From Rhynchopus sp. YZ270_cl-10 (lineage: Eukaryota), in assembly GCA_964035575.1 (NCBI GenBank), contig OZ037845.1:1612001-1676000 (forward strand): a stretch of 64,000 nt of DNA, read 5' to 3'. The notes below the pieces were generated by a model that did no database searches, was not told the origin of the DNA, and was given only the letters and a program-made list of their open reading frames with translations. The number at the start of each line of letters is the position of its first letter. Position 1 is the stretch's first letter. Below, in pieces: positions 12,640 to 23,075 of this stretch. The translations under genes were made by a program, and so were the position numbers.

Positions 12640-13477
12640 TATGTGGTGTCCCGCGACCAGCCCACAATCGCCCCCCTAGAGCCCACCTGGGCCCACCTGT
12701 GCCCACCTGAACCCAATTTCACCCGATTTCGCCCGATTTCACCCGATTTCACCCGATTTCGCCCGGATTTCAAAAATTCCTTTTTTTGGGTTGGCGGTGG
12801 GGAGCTTGGGCGGGGTTTGACCAAAACCAAGAACTTGGCCATTTCGGCAAAGTGACCCCACCACAGCGCGGACGGATTCCGGAAACGCCAATCGCGGCAT
12901 GTTTTGGAGCCCACTTTTTTTCAGGGAAAATATTTGCTTCCAGATGTCGGAATTTTCCGGAAAATTTCCAGAATTAGGAAACAGCCTGGAAGAGCGGTAC
13001 TGTGTACTGTGTACTGTGTACTGTGTACTGTGTACTGTGTACTGTGTACTGTGTACTGTGTACTGTGTACTGTGTACTGTGTACTGTGTACTGTGTACTG
13101 TGTACTGTGTACTGTGTACTGTGTACTGTGTACTGTGTACTGTGTACTGTGTACTGTGTACTGTGTACTGTGTACTGTGTACTGTGTACTGTGTACTGTG
13201 TACTGTGTACTGTGTACTGTGTACTGTGTACTGTGTACTGTGTACTGTGTACTGTGTACTGTGTACAGTGAGTCACCTAAAGGGGTTCTGCTCAACGAAA
13301 GTGGCCGATTTTTTTTTTAGTTCACCCAGACCCAGCCCGGAAATCTCGAAAAGCGCGGTTTCTGGGTGTTTTACTGGGCCAAACCCTCACAGAAGCCAAA
13401 AAACCCTGTTTTTGCCCGATTTCGCCCGATTTCACCCGATTTCGCCCGGATTTCACCGGGGTTGGGGACACCCCATA
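12640..13477. mobile_element. Nested TIR element carrying a 7-mer satellite
   Basis: Imperfect TIRs tatgtggtgtcccgcgacc / ggttggggacaccccata, with subterminal (ttt)cgcccga/cacccga repeats at both ends. An internal segment recurs at ~34250-34560 and ~59818-59885. TSD uncertain (gta?). Confidence 0.5.
12997..13266. repeat. Perfect (GTACTGT)n microsatellite, ~38 copies
   Basis: Read directly from the sequence. Confidence 0.97.
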
Positions 13478-14029
13478 GTACCCTGTCCCTATGATACGGC
13501 GATCCAACGTCCAGTGTATGTCCGAGGATTTGCACCTTTTCAACTTCACTTGTGTTGTTGCCATACCGCCTCTGAGGGGGGAAAGTTTTTTTTTTTCCTC
13601 CCCAAAAAACGAGAAGTGACCTTGAAGTTACCATTTTAATTTTTTTTGAGAACAGCGTTAGGACCCCTGTGCATATGTTGAAATACTTATTTTCTTTTTT
13701 GCGCCGATTATTTTTATTTTATTTTTGTCGCAAAAGTCGGTCGGGGTCTCATATTTTCAGGAAACCCCAGCTGGCTCGACAGGACTACCATCTCTTCTTT
13801 CGGTGTAGTTTGTTGCTTTCTTTTTTATCATCGGAAAAGGACAGGCTTTTCTTTTTCACTAGACACTTTATCCTAGAGACCCCCCTACCGTAGCAAAGCT
13901 ACTTAAACAAGTTTACAGTACGTTGTTTGTGTTGTGTGTCTTTTCCCTCTGCATCTCATTTTTTTCGTTGCCTCGGTACACATCTGTTTGCATCTATTAT
14001 TCTTATTATTATCGCCCCTCCACCCTAGT

Positions 14030-14210
14030 CATACCTAGAAGGCGAATTTCGTATTCGCCCTACATTCGGATCCGAATATAGGCCGAATGTCATATTCGCC
14101 TATATTCGCCCTTTGTTCGGATCCGAATACGATCCGAATATAGGCTGGATATGGCCCAAGAATTTTCGGATCCGAATATAGGCCGAATATGTATTCGCCT
14201 TCTAGGTATG
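14030..14210. mobile_element. 181-bp MITE nested in the hAT left TIR
   Basis: TIRs catacctagaaggcgaat / attcgccttctaggtatg, internal ttcggatccgaa palindromes, flanks cctagt / cctagg. Confidence 0.8.
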
Positions 14211-14330
14211 CCTAGGCCTCCCCAACGTCTTTTAAGAAGAAGACTTCTTTACGTCTTTTACGGTCTTCTAAAATCTGGGGTTTTCAAGGATAAAAGACGT
14301 AAAAAAACTTGTTACTTAGGAAACCGTGGC

Positions 14331-14710
14331 AATATCCCTTTCAACCAAACCCGACACCCTTTTTTCAAGGCTTTTGTCCATGAATTGTCGGGGGCCGTGA
14401 AGCACATTGCGACCGAGGCCATGTTGCGAGGCCTGCTGCTGAATGCCGTCTACGACGAAGCAGGCAACACCCTCATGCAGCAGCTCGAAGAGGAGGAATA
14501 CACCGTCCTCCACGTCTAGGCTTGGTTGTCACGGCACAACAAAGACCACGTGATCTCGTTTACCGTAACGGCTCCGTGGCGCCTCAACCTTGAGACGGCG
14601 ACAACGGAAGAGAAGAGCTTCACCGCCCCCTGGCTTAAATACTTCCAGAAAGAAGGGTCGGAGAGGACAAGAGTCAAATGGGTGGCTGTGGTGGTTGACG
14701 GGGGGAATGT
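14331..14710 (+). pseudogene. hAT transposase fragment
   Basis: One frame reads NIPFNQTRHPFFKAFVHEL...TVLHV*AWLS...HVISF...VAVVVDGGN. The stop falls where the first catalytic Asp of the hAT DxW motif is expected. Confidence 0.65.
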
Positions 14711-15380
14711 GTGGTCAGTAGCGACACGGTGGGACGAGGTGAACGATTGTGTGTGTGTATTGTGGGCGTGTCCACCATGGTCTTTTATATGTCTTTTATG
14801 TCTTTTGCGTCTTCTATTTTTGGGGTAGACGATTTTGGGGAGGCCTACTCCACCCTCCCACAATGTTAAGCCGCTTTCGTCGCCTTTTTGCGCAGTGCGT
14901 ATTTGGCGATGAAACGCAGTTTCCAATGATTCTGCTTTTCTTGCAGATGTCTTTCGCTTCTTCTATGCTGCACCCTCCCCTCTCTCCACCCTCCCAGTTG
15001 GAAGGCCAACTCGTTTGCGACAAATCAGGGGAAGTATTGTCTCAGTTGAATGCGGTAGCTTCATTTAGCTTCAACTGCGGTGTCAACAGGGACAAACACT
15101 GCCCCTCCCTTATTTGTCATTATCATAACGTGTTCCCTTCCCCCTGACGGCATTTGCAGCAATCCATCATTTCTTGGTTGTTTGCACAAGCACAACGCCG
15201 TGAATAATTACTACTGTGCAAAAGAAAAATCAAGAACGCGTCTTTTTGTTTATTGTTTGCTTGCTTCTCTGCCCACACCCACGTACACCATCCACCCACA
15301 CAGATTGCTCTTTCGCATAACACAACGACCCTCTTGTCGGGTTGTCCTTTTCCAACCACTCCAAGTCGTTGCTTTCCATC

Positions 15381-18300
15381 ATGATTGTGATATCGATGCT
15401 CGCTCTTGCGGGGTGTCCCACTACAGACTGGGAGCAGGGTATCCTTGACTCACACAACACATGGCGTGCAGCAACATCGCCACCTGCAAAGGACATGGTC
15501 CGCATCAGGTGGGACACGAACATCCAAGCCAACATGGCTAAACACCTGCGCACCTGTAACAAGGAATGGCCACACTCCGACCAGAATACAGAGCGCAAAG
15601 ATGTTGGTGGGTATGAGTTGCTTGGCGAGAACCTGGCGTACTGTGCTGGTTCAGGTTGTGCTGCAAAGTTGGCCAGCGGCACTCCTGGGTACATCGGGAA
15701 GGGGTGGTGGGACGAGAAGGATGACTACAACTACGCCACAGACACGTCGACCGGCATCACGTCGCACTACACACAGATGGCGTCCTCGAACATCTACGCA
15801 ATGGGATGTGTGGCACAGAAGTGTGCTGGTCCTGGTCCTTACAACTGGCAGGGAGAGTGGTGGTGGTTCGGCTGTCAGTACGGTGAGCGTGGTCGTGCGT
15901 ACTGGTCTGGCACGAAGCCTTTCGATGAGGGGACAGGTGGTTTGATTGAGCCTGATGCCACTGTGTTCACAAAGAACCCTGGTCTGTGCAAGGATGGCGG
16001 CTCACCTGCTGTGACACCCACAACTGCTCCTGCGACACCTTCACCAGTTGTTGTCACCTCAGCACCAGCAGGTGCACCTGGTGGAGGCACACCACCTGCT
16101 GGTGGAGGTGGTGGCAGCACGTGTGCTTTGACCGACTGGGAGCAGGGTATCCTTGACTCACACAACACATGGCGTGCAGCAACATCGCCACCTGCAAAGG
16201 ACATGGTCCGCATCAGGTGGGACACGAACATCGAGACCAACATGGCTAAACACCTGCGCACCTGTAACAAGGAATGGCCACACTCCGACCAGAATACAGA
16301 GCGCAAAGATGTTGGTGGGTACGAGTTGCTTGGTGAGAACCTGGCGTACTGTGCTGGTTCAGGTTGTGCTGCAAAGCTGGCCAGCGGCACTCCTGGGTAT
16401 ATCGGGAAGGGATGGTGGGACGAGAAGGATGACTACAACTACGCCACAGACACATCGACGGGCATCACGTCGCACTACACACAGATGGCGTCTTCGAACA
16501 TCTACGCAATGGGATGTGTGGCACAGAAGTGTGCTGGTCCTGGTCCTTACAACTGGCAGGGAGAGTGGTGGTGGTTTGGCTGTCAGTACGGTGAGCGTGG
16601 TCGTGCGTACTGGTCTGGCACGAAGCCTTTCGATGAGGGGACAGGTGGTCTGATTGAGCCTGACGCCACTGTGTTCACAAAGAACCCTGGTCTCTGCAAG
16701 AGTGGCGGGTCACCTCCTGTTGTCACACCAACGACAGCACCAACAACCACAGCACCCGCGACAGCAGCACCCGCTACAGTAGCACCTGCGACAGCAGCAC
16801 CTGCAACTGCAGCACCCGCAACAGTATCACCCGCGACAGCAGCACCTGCAACAGGAGCACCTGCAACTGCAGCACCTGCAACAGCAGCACCTGCAACAGG
16901 AGCACCCGCAACAGCAGCACCTGCAACTGCAGCACCCGCAACAGCAGCACCTGCAACAGGAGCACCCGCAACAGCAGCACCTGCAACTGCAGCACCCGCA
17001 ACAGGAGCACCCGCGACAGCAGCACCTGCGACAGTATCACCCGCGACAGCAGCACCTGCAACTGCAGCACCCGCAACAGTATCACCCTCGACAGCAGCAC
17101 CTGCAACAGGAGCACCCGCAACAGCAGCACCTGCAACTGCAGCACCCGCAACAGGAGCACCCGCAACAGCAGCACCTGCAACTGCAGCACCCGCAACAGT
17201 ATCACCCGCGACAGCAGCACCTGCAACAGCAGCACCCGCGACAGCAGCACCTGCAACAGGAGCACCCGCAACAGCAGCACCTGCAACTGCAGCACCCGCA
17301 ACAGGAGCACCCGCAACAGCAGCACCTGCAACTGCAGCACCCGCAACAGTATCACCCGCGACAGCAGCACCTGCAACAGCAGCACCCGCGACAGCAGCAC
17401 CTGCAACAGTAGCTCCTGCAACAGCAGCACCTGCAACAGGAGCACCTGCAACAGCAGCACCCGCGACAGCAGCACCTGCAACAGTAGCACCTGCAACAGT
17501 AGCTCCTGCAACAGCAGCACCTTCAACAGTAGCACCCGCAACAGCAGCACCCGCGACAGCAGCACCTGCAACAGTAGCACCTGCAACAGTAGCTCCTGCA
17601 ACAGCAGCACCTTCAACAGTAGCACCCGCAACAGCAGCACCCGCGACAGCAGCACCTGCAACAGGATCACCTGCAACAGAAACACCCGTGTCAGCAGCGC
17701 TTGCAACAGCGGCACCTTCAACACAAGCACCCGTGACTGCAGCACCTGCAACTGACACACCTATTCCTTTGGTACCGGATACGACAGCACCTACAACATC
17801 ACCAACAGCAATGCCAAGCACTCTTACACCTGGTAGCACTTCATCTCCAACTGCAATGCCAAACACACTTGCGCCTGGTACCACAATGTCTCCAACTGCA
17901 ATGCCAAACACACTTGAACCTGGTACCACAATGTCTCCCACTGCAATGCCAAACACACTTGAACCTGGTACCACGATGTCGCCTACTGCAATGCCAAGCA
18001 CACTTGCACCTGGTGCAACCATGGCTCCGACTGCAATGCCAGCCACACTTGCACCTGGTACTACCATGTCGCCCACTGCAATGCCAGACACACTTGCACC
18101 TGGTACCACAATGTCGCCTACTGCAATGCCAAGCACACTTGCACCTGGTACCACCATGTCGCCTACTGCAATGCCAGACACACTTGCACCTGGTACCACG
18201 ATGTCGCCTACTGCAATGCCAGCCACACTTGCACCTGGTACTACCATGTCGCCCACTGCAATGCCAGACACACTTGCACCTGGTACCACAATGTCGCCTA

Positions 18301-20165
18301 CTGCAATGCCAAGCACACTTGCACCTGGTGCAACCATGGCTCCGACTGCAATGCCAGACACACTTGCGCCTGGTACCACCATGTCGCCCACTGCAATGCC
18401 AGACACACTTGCACCTGGTGCAACCATGGCTCCGACTGCAATGCCAGCCACACTTGCACCTGGTACCACGATGTCGCCTACTGCAATGCCAGCCACACTT
18501 GCACCTGGTACTACCATGTCGCCCACTGCAATGCCAGACACACTTGCACCTGGTGCAACCATGGCTCCGACTGCAATGCCAGCCACACTTGCACCTGGTA
18601 CCACGATGTCGCCCACTGCAATGCCAGACACACTTGCACCTGGTGCAACCATGGCTCCGACTGCAATGCCAGACACACTTGCACCTGGTACCACAATGTC
18701 GCCTACTGCAATGCCAAGCACACTTGCACCTGGTACTACCATGTCGCCCACTGCAATGCCAGACACACTTGCACCTGGTGCAACCATGGCTCCGACTGCA
18801 ATGCCAGCCACACTTGCACCTGGTACCACGATGTCGCCCACTGCAATGCCAGACACACTTGCACCTGGTGCAACCATGGCTCCGACTGCAATGCCAGACA
18901 CACTTGCACCTGGTACTACCATGTCGCCCACTGCAATGCCTAGCACACTTGCACCTGGTTCCACTTCAATGCCCACTGCAATGCCAGACACACTTGCACC
19001 TGGTACCACGATGTCGCCTACTGCAATGCCAGACACACTTGCACCTGGTGCAACCATGGCTCCGACTGCAATGCCAGACACACTTGCACCTGGTACTACC
19101 ATGTCGCCCACTGCAATGCCAGACACACTTGCACCTGGTGCAACCATGGCTCCGACTGCAATGCCTAGCACGCTTGTACCTGGTACCACTTCATCGCCCA
19201 CTGCAATGCCAGACACACTTGCACCTGGTGCAACCATGGCTCCGACTGCAATGCCTAGCACACTTGCACCTGGTTCCACTTCAATGCCCACTGCAATGCC
19301 AAACACACTTGCACCTGGTGCAACCATGGCTCCGACTGCAATGCCTAGCACGCTTGTACCTGGTACCACTTCATCGCCCACTGCAATGCCAGACACACTT
19401 GCACCTGGTGCAACCATGGCTCCGACTGCAATGCCTAGCACACTTGCCCCTGGTACCACTTCAATGCCCACTGCAATGCCAGCCACACTTGCACCTGGTA
19501 CTACCATGTCGCCCACTGCAATGCCAGACACACTTGCACCTGGTGCAACCATGGCTCCGACTGCAATGCCAGACACACTTGCACCTGGTACCACAATGTC
19601 GCCTACTGCAATGCCAAGCACACTTGCACCTGGTACTACCATGTCGCCCACTGCAATGCCAGACACACTTGCACCTGGTGCAACCATGGCTCCGACTGCA
19701 ATGCCTAGCACACTTGCACCTGGTTCCACTTCAATGCCCACTGCAATGCCAAACACACTTGCACCTGGTGCAACCATGGCTCCGACTGCAATGCCTAGCA
19801 CGCTTGTACCTGGTACCACTTCATCGCCCACTGCAATGCCAGACACTATTGCACCTGGTAGCACTGGAACAACAGAACCTGTGACAGTTTCCTCTGACAC
19901 TGCTGCGCCTGGTACTGTGCGGACCCCTTCTCCAACAGAAGTTCTGACTGCCGCAGGGTCGGAGAGTGATGAAGAGGATGATGATGCAAAGTTTCCGTTG
20001 ATACCGTTGATCCTTGGTGCTGTGTTCTTGCTGCTGTGTGTTTTGGCTGCTGCGTACTACAAAACAAAAAGAACTGCTGCTGATGAAGTTACTTTGGATG
20101 ACTGCTATCAAGAGCTCTACGACAATGTGCCTCTGCAGAGGAATGATGAGTACATGTCAGTTTGA
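15381..20165 (+). CDS. CAP/SCP two-domain mucin-like type I membrane protein (1594 aa)
   Basis: N-terminal CAP region nearly identical to the 7432 gene, with greatly expanded APATA and 15-aa repeats, TM segment FPLIPLILGAVFLLLCVLAAAYY and tail YMSV. Confidence 0.92.
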   Translation: MIVISMLALAGCPTTDWEQGILDSHNTWRAATSPPAKDMVRIRWDTNIQANMAKHLRTCNKEWPHSDQNTERKDVGGYELLGENLAYCAGSGCAAKLASGTPGYIGKGWWDEKDDYNYATDTSTGITSHYTQMASSNIYAMGCVAQKCAGPGPYNWQGEWWWFGCQYGERGRAYWSGTKPFDEGTGGLIEPDATVFTKNPGLCKDGGSPAVTPTTAPATPSPVVVTSAPAGAPGGGTPPAGGGGGSTCALTDWEQGILDSHNTWRAATSPPAKDMVRIRWDTNIETNMAKHLRTCNKEWPHSDQNTERKDVGGYELLGENLAYCAGSGCAAKLASGTPGYIGKGWWDEKDDYNYATDTSTGITSHYTQMASSNIYAMGCVAQKCAGPGPYNWQGEWWWFGCQYGERGRAYWSGTKPFDEGTGGLIEPDATVFTKNPGLCKSGGSPPVVTPTTAPTTTAPATAAPATVAPATAAPATAAPATVSPATAAPATGAPATAAPATAAPATGAPATAAPATAAPATAAPATGAPATAAPATAAPATGAPATAAPATVSPATAAPATAAPATVSPSTAAPATGAPATAAPATAAPATGAPATAAPATAAPATVSPATAAPATAAPATAAPATGAPATAAPATAAPATGAPATAAPATAAPATVSPATAAPATAAPATAAPATVAPATAAPATGAPATAAPATAAPATVAPATVAPATAAPSTVAPATAAPATAAPATVAPATVAPATAAPSTVAPATAAPATAAPATGSPATETPVSAALATAAPSTQAPVTAAPATDTPIPLVPDTTAPTTSPTAMPSTLTPGSTSSPTAMPNTLAPGTTMSPTAMPNTLEPGTTMSPTAMPNTLEPGTTMSPTAMPSTLAPGATMAPTAMPATLAPGTTMSPTAMPDTLAPGTTMSPTAMPSTLAPGTTMSPTAMPDTLAPGTTMSPTAMPATLAPGTTMSPTAMPDTLAPGTTMSPTAMPSTLAPGATMAPTAMPDTLAPGTTMSPTAMPDTLAPGATMAPTAMPATLAPGTTMSPTAMPATLAPGTTMSPTAMPDTLAPGATMAPTAMPATLAPGTTMSPTAMPDTLAPGATMAPTAMPDTLAPGTTMSPTAMPSTLAPGTTMSPTAMPDTLAPGATMAPTAMPATLAPGTTMSPTAMPDTLAPGATMAPTAMPDTLAPGTTMSPTAMPSTLAPGSTSMPTAMPDTLAPGTTMSPTAMPDTLAPGATMAPTAMPDTLAPGTTMSPTAMPDTLAPGATMAPTAMPSTLVPGTTSSPTAMPDTLAPGATMAPTAMPSTLAPGSTSMPTAMPNTLAPGATMAPTAMPSTLVPGTTSSPTAMPDTLAPGATMAPTAMPSTLAPGTTSMPTAMPATLAPGTTMSPTAMPDTLAPGATMAPTAMPDTLAPGTTMSPTAMPSTLAPGTTMSPTAMPDTLAPGATMAPTAMPSTLAPGSTSMPTAMPNTLAPGATMAPTAMPSTLVPGTTSSPTAMPDTIAPGSTGTTEPVTVSSDTAAPGTVRTPSPTEVLTAAGSESDEEDDDAKFPLIPLILGAVFLLLCVLAAAYYKTKRTAADEVTLDDCYQELYDNVPLQRNDEYMSV
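16745..17680 (+). repeat. 15-bp coding repeat (APATA), ~60 units
   Basis: gcacctgcaacagca-type units. Confidence 0.9.
17810..19860 (+). repeat. 45-bp coding minisatellite (~45 units)
   Basis: TLAPGTTMSPTAMPD-type units. Confidence 0.9.
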
Positions 20166-20428
20166 TGTCTTGACAGTTACGCATCAAGACGAGGAAGCAA
20201 AAGGCACATCATTAACTTGTTGTGTGTCCGTGAGTGAATCACATTATTTGCATCCGTATTATATATTGTTGCTGCTGAATTCGTATTTCAGTTTTCTTAC
20301 TTTTCCGACCCCTGTTCGTGGCGAGTGTGCTATATTCACTTGACCGAATTTTATTGCTTTGTTTGTATTGTATATAGACCCTCGTGTTGTCCGAGACACG
20401 GTTCTTGCTTTTTTTTTTTATAGGTGAC

Positions 20429-21264
20429 CAGGGTTTTTTCTAGGATTTTTTTTTTCAGATCTGGGGGGGGACGCAAAAAAACCACCCAAAAAAATTTTTT
20501 TTTCGCAGGTGCAAGCAGGGTTTCCGCTTATCTTCATGGAAAAATTTTCCAAAACCGTGAAGATATGTCCAAAAAGGGGTCTATAGTTTTCGCGCTCCGC
20601 GCAAAAAAGCCCGTTCATTTCACGTAAATACGTGATAACGTGGGATGGTAACGAACATCAAGAACCAAACCAACCCTTTTTCTCATGTTCCACGGAACCT
20701 TCCCTCAGTACAAGAAGAAACGGCGGTCATGATATCAGAACTTTCTGGCGAAGCCACGGTACGCAACATTTCAAAAAATTGTGACCTAAAATTGAACATT
20801 TGTACAGCCAAACTATGGTAGAGGGCTGTGGTATTCCGCATAAGTTTTGAGTTGCGCCGCAGGCGCACGGTACGCTACTTTTTTATTTTTGCCCATCCCT
20901 TATTCTCACTCTTTTGTTCGGTCTGTCATGCAAAGATTGAGTGAATTGGGGGCGCGGTCTGAAACTTCACCTCGCTATATCCTCTTCACAATGATGCCAG
21001 GAAGGGGATAAGACGCGCTTCGCGTCTTATCCCCTTCCTGCCTCCCTGCCTCCCTGCCTCCCTGCCTCCCTGCCTCCCCTTTTTTTTCTGGTGCGGGTTA
21101 CGTACGTTGTGTCCCAAATGGGGGTCTGTGCGGGTGACCCCCAACCACCCCCCACATCCTTTTTTCCCAAGTCAAAATGCGTCCCCCCCCGGGGGGGGAC
21201 GCGTTTCCCCCCAAAATCTGGGGGGGGACGCCGTCCCCCCCCGCTCCCCCTAGAAAAAACCCTG
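20429..21264. mobile_element. CAGGG-terminated MITE, 5-bp TSD
   Basis: TIRs cagggttttttctagg / cctagaaaaaaccctg. TSD gtgac (alternatively CCAGG ends with TSD tga). Absent from the paralogous region near 10805. Confidence 0.85.
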
Positions 21265-22808
21265 GTGACTAAGCAGAAGAGGCTTGGAATCATCTTATAA
21301 AATTTTCTTTTATTTTGCTCATGTTCACGTGCACACTGCGACTTGTGTATGGTCAGTGTGTGGGTAATATGCGTGTTGAATGTGGTATATGACAACCAAG
21401 ACTCGGCTAAGAGAAGGCCTTACTCAGGTCACCAGTCAGATATCAGCGGCGAACCGTTTACATGTGCCATTTGCTTGGATTGCGGTTTCTTGTGCAGAAT
21501 GAATGTCTGCACAGTCGTTTGAGATCTTCGTATGAATCAACCTTTCTTTGGTAGACCTACTGACTCACAGTCAGGTAGGTATCTGTCCAGGACACAAATA
21601 ATTTGTTCTCTCTTTTTACCGTTCTTGAATGAAGACGTGCAGTTGATGGGTGCAGTCACCTTTCAGGTGTTTTCTCATGGCTCCCACACCATTGGGAGCA
21701 AGTTCCTGTGTTTGCGCTGTAGTCTTTTTTTTCTCGGTGTCTGCGTCCGCACTGCACGATTTACATTCTTATATCATTTCACTTCTGGTTGGCCATGGCG
21801 CTGTCATCACTCCCTGTTCCCGCCCCTCCACCCTCCCACAATGTTAAGCCGCTTTCGTCGCCTTTTTGCGCAGTGCGTATTTGGCGATGAAACGCAGTTT
21901 CCAATGATTCTGCTTTTCTTGCAGATGTCTTTCGCTTCTTCTATGCTGCACCCTCCCCTCTCTCCACCCTCCCAGTTGGAAGGCCAACTCGTTTGCGACA
22001 AATCAGGGGAAGTATTGTCTCAGTTGAATGCGGTAGCTTCATTTAGCTTCAACTGCGGTGTCAACAGGGACAAACACTGCCCCTCCCTTATTTGTCACGG
22101 TGCGTGCTTTTTTCGTAGTTATGTTACGTTAAGGTATTTCTATGTATCAGCAGGTGACTAAGCACTTTATGATTACCAATGTTCAAAAAATTAAAGTAAT
22201 CTATTCAGACTAAGCACAACGAGGTTCGCGTTCACCTTTTGTTAATTATTGTGTTCTGTGATGAGACGTATTCATCTTACAATCTATTTATGTCTGCGCT
22301 CCGCTGGTGGTGAGGCGTCTGCACTTTCAACTTCCCTTTATTTTTTGCATCCTTCCTTCATGTGACCAAGCTCGCTTGGGATCATCTTATAAACCCCTTT
22401 TTCTTTTTGGCCAGATCCCTTACCACGCCTCCCAGCAGATGCAAAGGGGAAAACCCCCTCTGTTCTTTATTTTACCCGCAGTTTTAGTTACGTCGTGCTT
22501 CACACGGCGTATATTTTTACATGATTCCCCTACTCCCCCAACACTGTTTTTTTTTTTTCTAAACTTCTAACTTTTGAGGACGAGCTGCCGATCTGTTATA
22601 TGGAACACTGCTGAATTCGACGCCATGCAGACTTTTTTTATACCATTTTTTTCTTGTTTTGGTACAGCATGCACATTCTTACCCCTTAGGATGGTTTGAT
22701 AGGTGGCCTCAGTTTTCCGCGCAAAAAAACACCCCTTTCCTTTTCAGACAAAAAGAGACTTTACACAACATTCTTTTTAAAAAGGCGTTTGAACTAAGAC
22801 GTTGAACG

Positions 22809-23075
22809 ATGACGTACAGCACCAACATCGCTGTGATTGGTCTGTTGTCGCTGGTGGCTTTGAGCACAGATCGCCCTGGGAAGAGACACCGTAAAAGCAA
22901 GAAGGCGAAGAAGGGCGCGCTTGATAGCTCATCGAGCGTGCTCTCCGACTACTCCGCCTCGACACGCACGAGCCTCAGCACAGACACCTCCTCCTCCTCT
23001 TCTGAGCGCGTTCTCCGAAGCTCGCTTCGATCCGCAGATTCAAAATCAAACAAACGCGTCAGAATCATCGCCTAA
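22809..23075 (+). CDS. Possible small protein or orphan terminal exon (hydrophobic N-terminus, Lys/Ser-rich tail)
   Basis: GC-rich island with host-like codons (aag aag gcg aag aag) in AT-rich surroundings. No recognisable domain. Confidence 0.3.
   Translation: MTYSTNIAVIGLLSLVALSTDRPGKRHRKSKKAKKGALDSSSSVLSDYSASTRTSLSTDTSSSSSERVLRSSLRSADSKSNKRVRIIA

Larger units (their letters stand above)
12151..13669. mobile_element. Non-autonomous hAT element, 8-bp TSD
   Basis: TIRs caggggtcctaa / ttaggacccctg. TSD tgcatatg at 12143-12150 and 13670-13677. Subterminal gaagtgacct repeats. Confidence 0.85.
14026..14847 (+). mobile_element. Deleted hAT element with transposase remnant, 8-bp TSD
   Basis: TIRs tag(g)cctcccc / ggggaggccta. 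TSD ctccaccc at 14018-14025 and 14848-14855. The paralogous empty site is visible at ~6893-6915. Confidence 0.88.

Noticed and set aside
12899..13639. CVLCTVY / YTVHSTQ repeat ORFs (and QGTRYKV at 24.5-24.9 kb)
   Set aside because: Translations of stop-free 7-mer microsatellites.
8634..19900. Long antisense and alternative-frame ORFs over the CAP stalks
   Set aside because: Shadows of the 15- and 45-bp coding repeats.
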